A DNA stretch of 32,000 nucleotides from Planctomycetales bacterium (GTDB lineage Bacteria; 4484-113; JAFGCY01). Below are positions 30,705 through 32,000 of the stretch, one piece after another. How positions within the stretch are numbered: the stretch's first letter is position 1; each line of letters starts with the position of its first letter. Below the pieces are notes generated by a model that had not been told where the DNA came from, did no database searches, and saw only the letters and a list, made by a program, of their open reading frames with translations. The stretch is from positions 840,001 through 872,000 of the forward strand of contig CP060262.1 in the NCBI GenBank assembly GCA_022646745.1. Direction: 5' to 3'. A program made the position numbers and the translations under genes.

Positions 30705-31519
30705 TGAAGCGGATGATGATGGCAATCACCGCCGGGCTGGCCGGCGGGCTGCTGCTGGCGAACCTGGCAACAGCGCAGGACGAGCTGGAGGGCAAGCAAC
30801 CGCAGCCCGTCGGCGATGTCGGCTACCAGAGCTACACCGTGGAACTGCCGCGCAGGGCCTGGACGATCGGCATGCAGCTGCATGATGAGAATGGCGAGAT
30901 AAGCGAGCAGAGCATCACCGTACTGGACGGCTTCGTGGCGGAGGCCATGAGCAGCAGCATGCGTGGCTACCAGTTGGACGACGAAAGCATGGGACAGGCT
31001 GTGGCGTATAAGTTCCAGATCTGGTTCGTGCCGGACAGCAAGCTTGAGGAATGGCAGGCTGGCGAGAAGGAGCGGGCTTACTTCGATCCATCCGGCCAGG
31101 CCATGATGAGCAGCACTGCAGAGAGCACCGGCCCCGGGGACGGGCAGCCGATGGGGCGGTACTTCAGTGATGACAATGGCCGCCGCGAGCTGCTGCTGGC
31201 CAATGCGCAGGAAATCCGCGTGGACGAGCTGCACATCTTCATCTATGCGCCGGAATACCCGCGGATTGACTTAAGCGTTGACAAGCTGGACTACCGGCAC
31301 TTCATCAACGGAGTTTTCAGCGAGGATGAGGACGTCTTGAAGGCCGAGGACATCCCGTTTGAGCTGGAGAAGATCGAGAGACCGAGCCATATCGCGGATA
31401 TCGTGCTGTTCACGGCGGGCGAGGACCTCGGCTTCATCACGGCGGATGGCGTTCGGATCGGCGATGAGCACTGGGGAAAGGCAGTGGAAGAAGTGGAGGA
31501 AGTGGAAGAAGTCAAGTAG
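30704..31519 (+). CDS. Secreted protein of unknown function, ELHIF-family paralogue 2, with an acidic (VEE)3 tail
   Basis: ATG 30704 overlaps the upstream TGA by 1 nt, with AGGAGGAG upstream. Signal MKRMMMAITAGLAGGLLLANLATAQ. Motifs MRGYQLDDE and VDELHIFIYAPEYPRIDLSVDKLD. Confidence 0.8.
   Translation: MKRMMMAITAGLAGGLLLANLATAQDELEGKQPQPVGDVGYQSYTVELPRRAWTIGMQLHDENGEISEQSITVLDGFVAEAMSSSMRGYQLDDESMGQAVAYKFQIWFVPDSKLEEWQAGEKERAYFDPSGQAMMSSTAESTGPGDGQPMGRYFSDDNGRRELLLANAQEIRVDELHIFIYAPEYPRIDLSVDKLDYRHFINGVFSEDEDVLKAEDIPFELEKIERPSHIADIVLFTAGEDLGFITADGVRIGDEHWGKAVEEVEEVEEVK
31484..31510 (+). repeat. 9-bp x3 tandem repeat GTGGA(A/G)GAA encoding VEEVEEVEE
   Basis: GTGGAAGAA GTGGAGGAA GTGGAAGAA, directly before GTC AAG TAG. 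Confidence 0.9.
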
Positions 31520-31593
31520 TCAACGAGTCAATGTGTCAACTGCGAGACACCGAGCTGTCGCATATTGACCCATTGACTAGGCGACTAAGTGAC
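31511..31593. repeat. Long imperfect inverted repeat built from 8-bp-phased GTCAA and nnGAC pentamers; possible terminator or regulatory array
   Basis: GTCAA starts at 31511, 31519, 31527 and 31535. TTGAC/TTGAC/GCGAC/GTGAC start at 31565, 31573, 31581 and 31589. The arms match at about 22 of 29 positions, the spacer is about 24 nt, and TTTATT follows. Confidence 0.55.
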
Positions 31594-31622
31594 TTTATTA
31601 CTCCTAAGCCGCCGGACATCCA

Positions 31623-31663
31623 GGGCGGGGATTGAGCCGCAGGCGAGATCCACGGGCGGGGAT
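31623..31663 (+). repeat. Direct repeat GGGCGGGGAT x2, 31 bp apart, upstream of the third paralogue
   Basis: ATCCAGGGCGGGGAT (GGGCGGGGAT at 31623-31632) and ATCCACGGGCGGGGAT (GGGCGGGGAT at 31654-31663). Confidence 0.5.
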
Positions 31664-31702
31664 GTCAAATCGGCCGGCGGCGAAGAACGTATGGAGAATG
31701 AA

Positions 31703-32000
31703 ATGAAACTGATTCTGGCAACACTTGTGGCAATACTGATGGCAACCGCAGTCGCACTGGCGGAAGAGCCGACGGGAGTCAGCGAGAAGACGGAGATTGA
31801 TAAATCCATAGCTTACATGGACATGGACCAGTTCAGCGAAGAGCATTACCCTGTGCCGGGTGAAACCCGGGGCCTGTGGCATTTAAGGATCAGTGTGTAT
31901 GACGGAGAATCCAGCTCCCCCTTCAGTGAGAACATCATGTATCTCAATCCACACATGCCCGCCACTGCGACAGCCGGCAATCCGGGCTGGCAGTTCAGCC
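31703..32000 (+). CDS. Secreted protein, probable third ELHIF-family paralogue; 3' end beyond the window
   Basis: Open frame from ATG 31691/31703 to the window end, not in the ORF track. GGAG lies 8 nt before ATG 31703. Signal MKLILATLVAILMATAVALA. GLWHLRISVYDGESSSPFSENIMYLN..NPGWQF parallels RAWTIGMQLHDENGEISEQSITVLDG..MRGYQL of paralogue 2. Confidence 0.65.
   Translation, partial: MKLILATLVAILMATAVALAEEPTGVSEKTEIDKSIAYMDMDQFSEEHYPVPGETRGLWHLRISVYDGESSSPFSENIMYLNPHMPATATAGNPGWQFS

Noticed and set aside
1-32000. Scan for CRISPR arrays, tRNA/rRNA genes, IS elements, integrases and toxin-antitoxin or known defence genes
   Set aside because: By eye I found no regularly spaced repeats of 25-40 bp, no cloverleaf-capable conserved tRNA motifs in the intergenic regions, and no transposase or integrase-like translations. 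A tRNAscan/Infernal/ISfinder run would be needed to be certain.

Overview
GC-rich bacterial chromosomal segment. It looks diderm: lptB is present, many genes have lipobox signal peptides, promoters are sigma70-like (TTGACA/TATAAT and TGnTATAAT), and several rho-independent terminators are clean. I call 27 protein genes. I saw no rRNA, tRNA, CRISPR array, transposase or integrase. Recognisable anchors are lptB, hslV (no hslU next to it), a Fur-family regulator, a TlpA/ResA-like thioredoxin, a CDF metal exporter, a rhomboid protease and an octahaem c-type cytochrome with a HEAT/TPR tail. The rest is mostly exported proteins of unknown function, organised as four independent tandem paralogue families. 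(i) Two lipoproteins of about 850 aa, each with cohesin-like + dockerin + 4 PKD modules. (ii) A rhomboid gene followed by three Sel1-repeat genes that carry four copies of one module. (iii) Three lipoproteins sharing an unassigned N-terminal domain; two also have a C-terminal domain with a conserved Cys and a QxAxWxF(T/S)(D/E)G motif that resembles Cys-Gln thioester domains. (iv) Three secreted paralogues preceded by two tiny membrane proteins. Three plausible genes are missing from the supplied ORF track: the edge-truncated ankyrin-like gene at 1..1917 (minus), a 55-aa membrane ORF at 29679..29846, and an edge-truncated gene at 31703..32000. Most long ORFs lying antisense to the called genes look like GC-driven shadow ORFs. 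All family assignments come from reading motifs by eye; no database search was possible.
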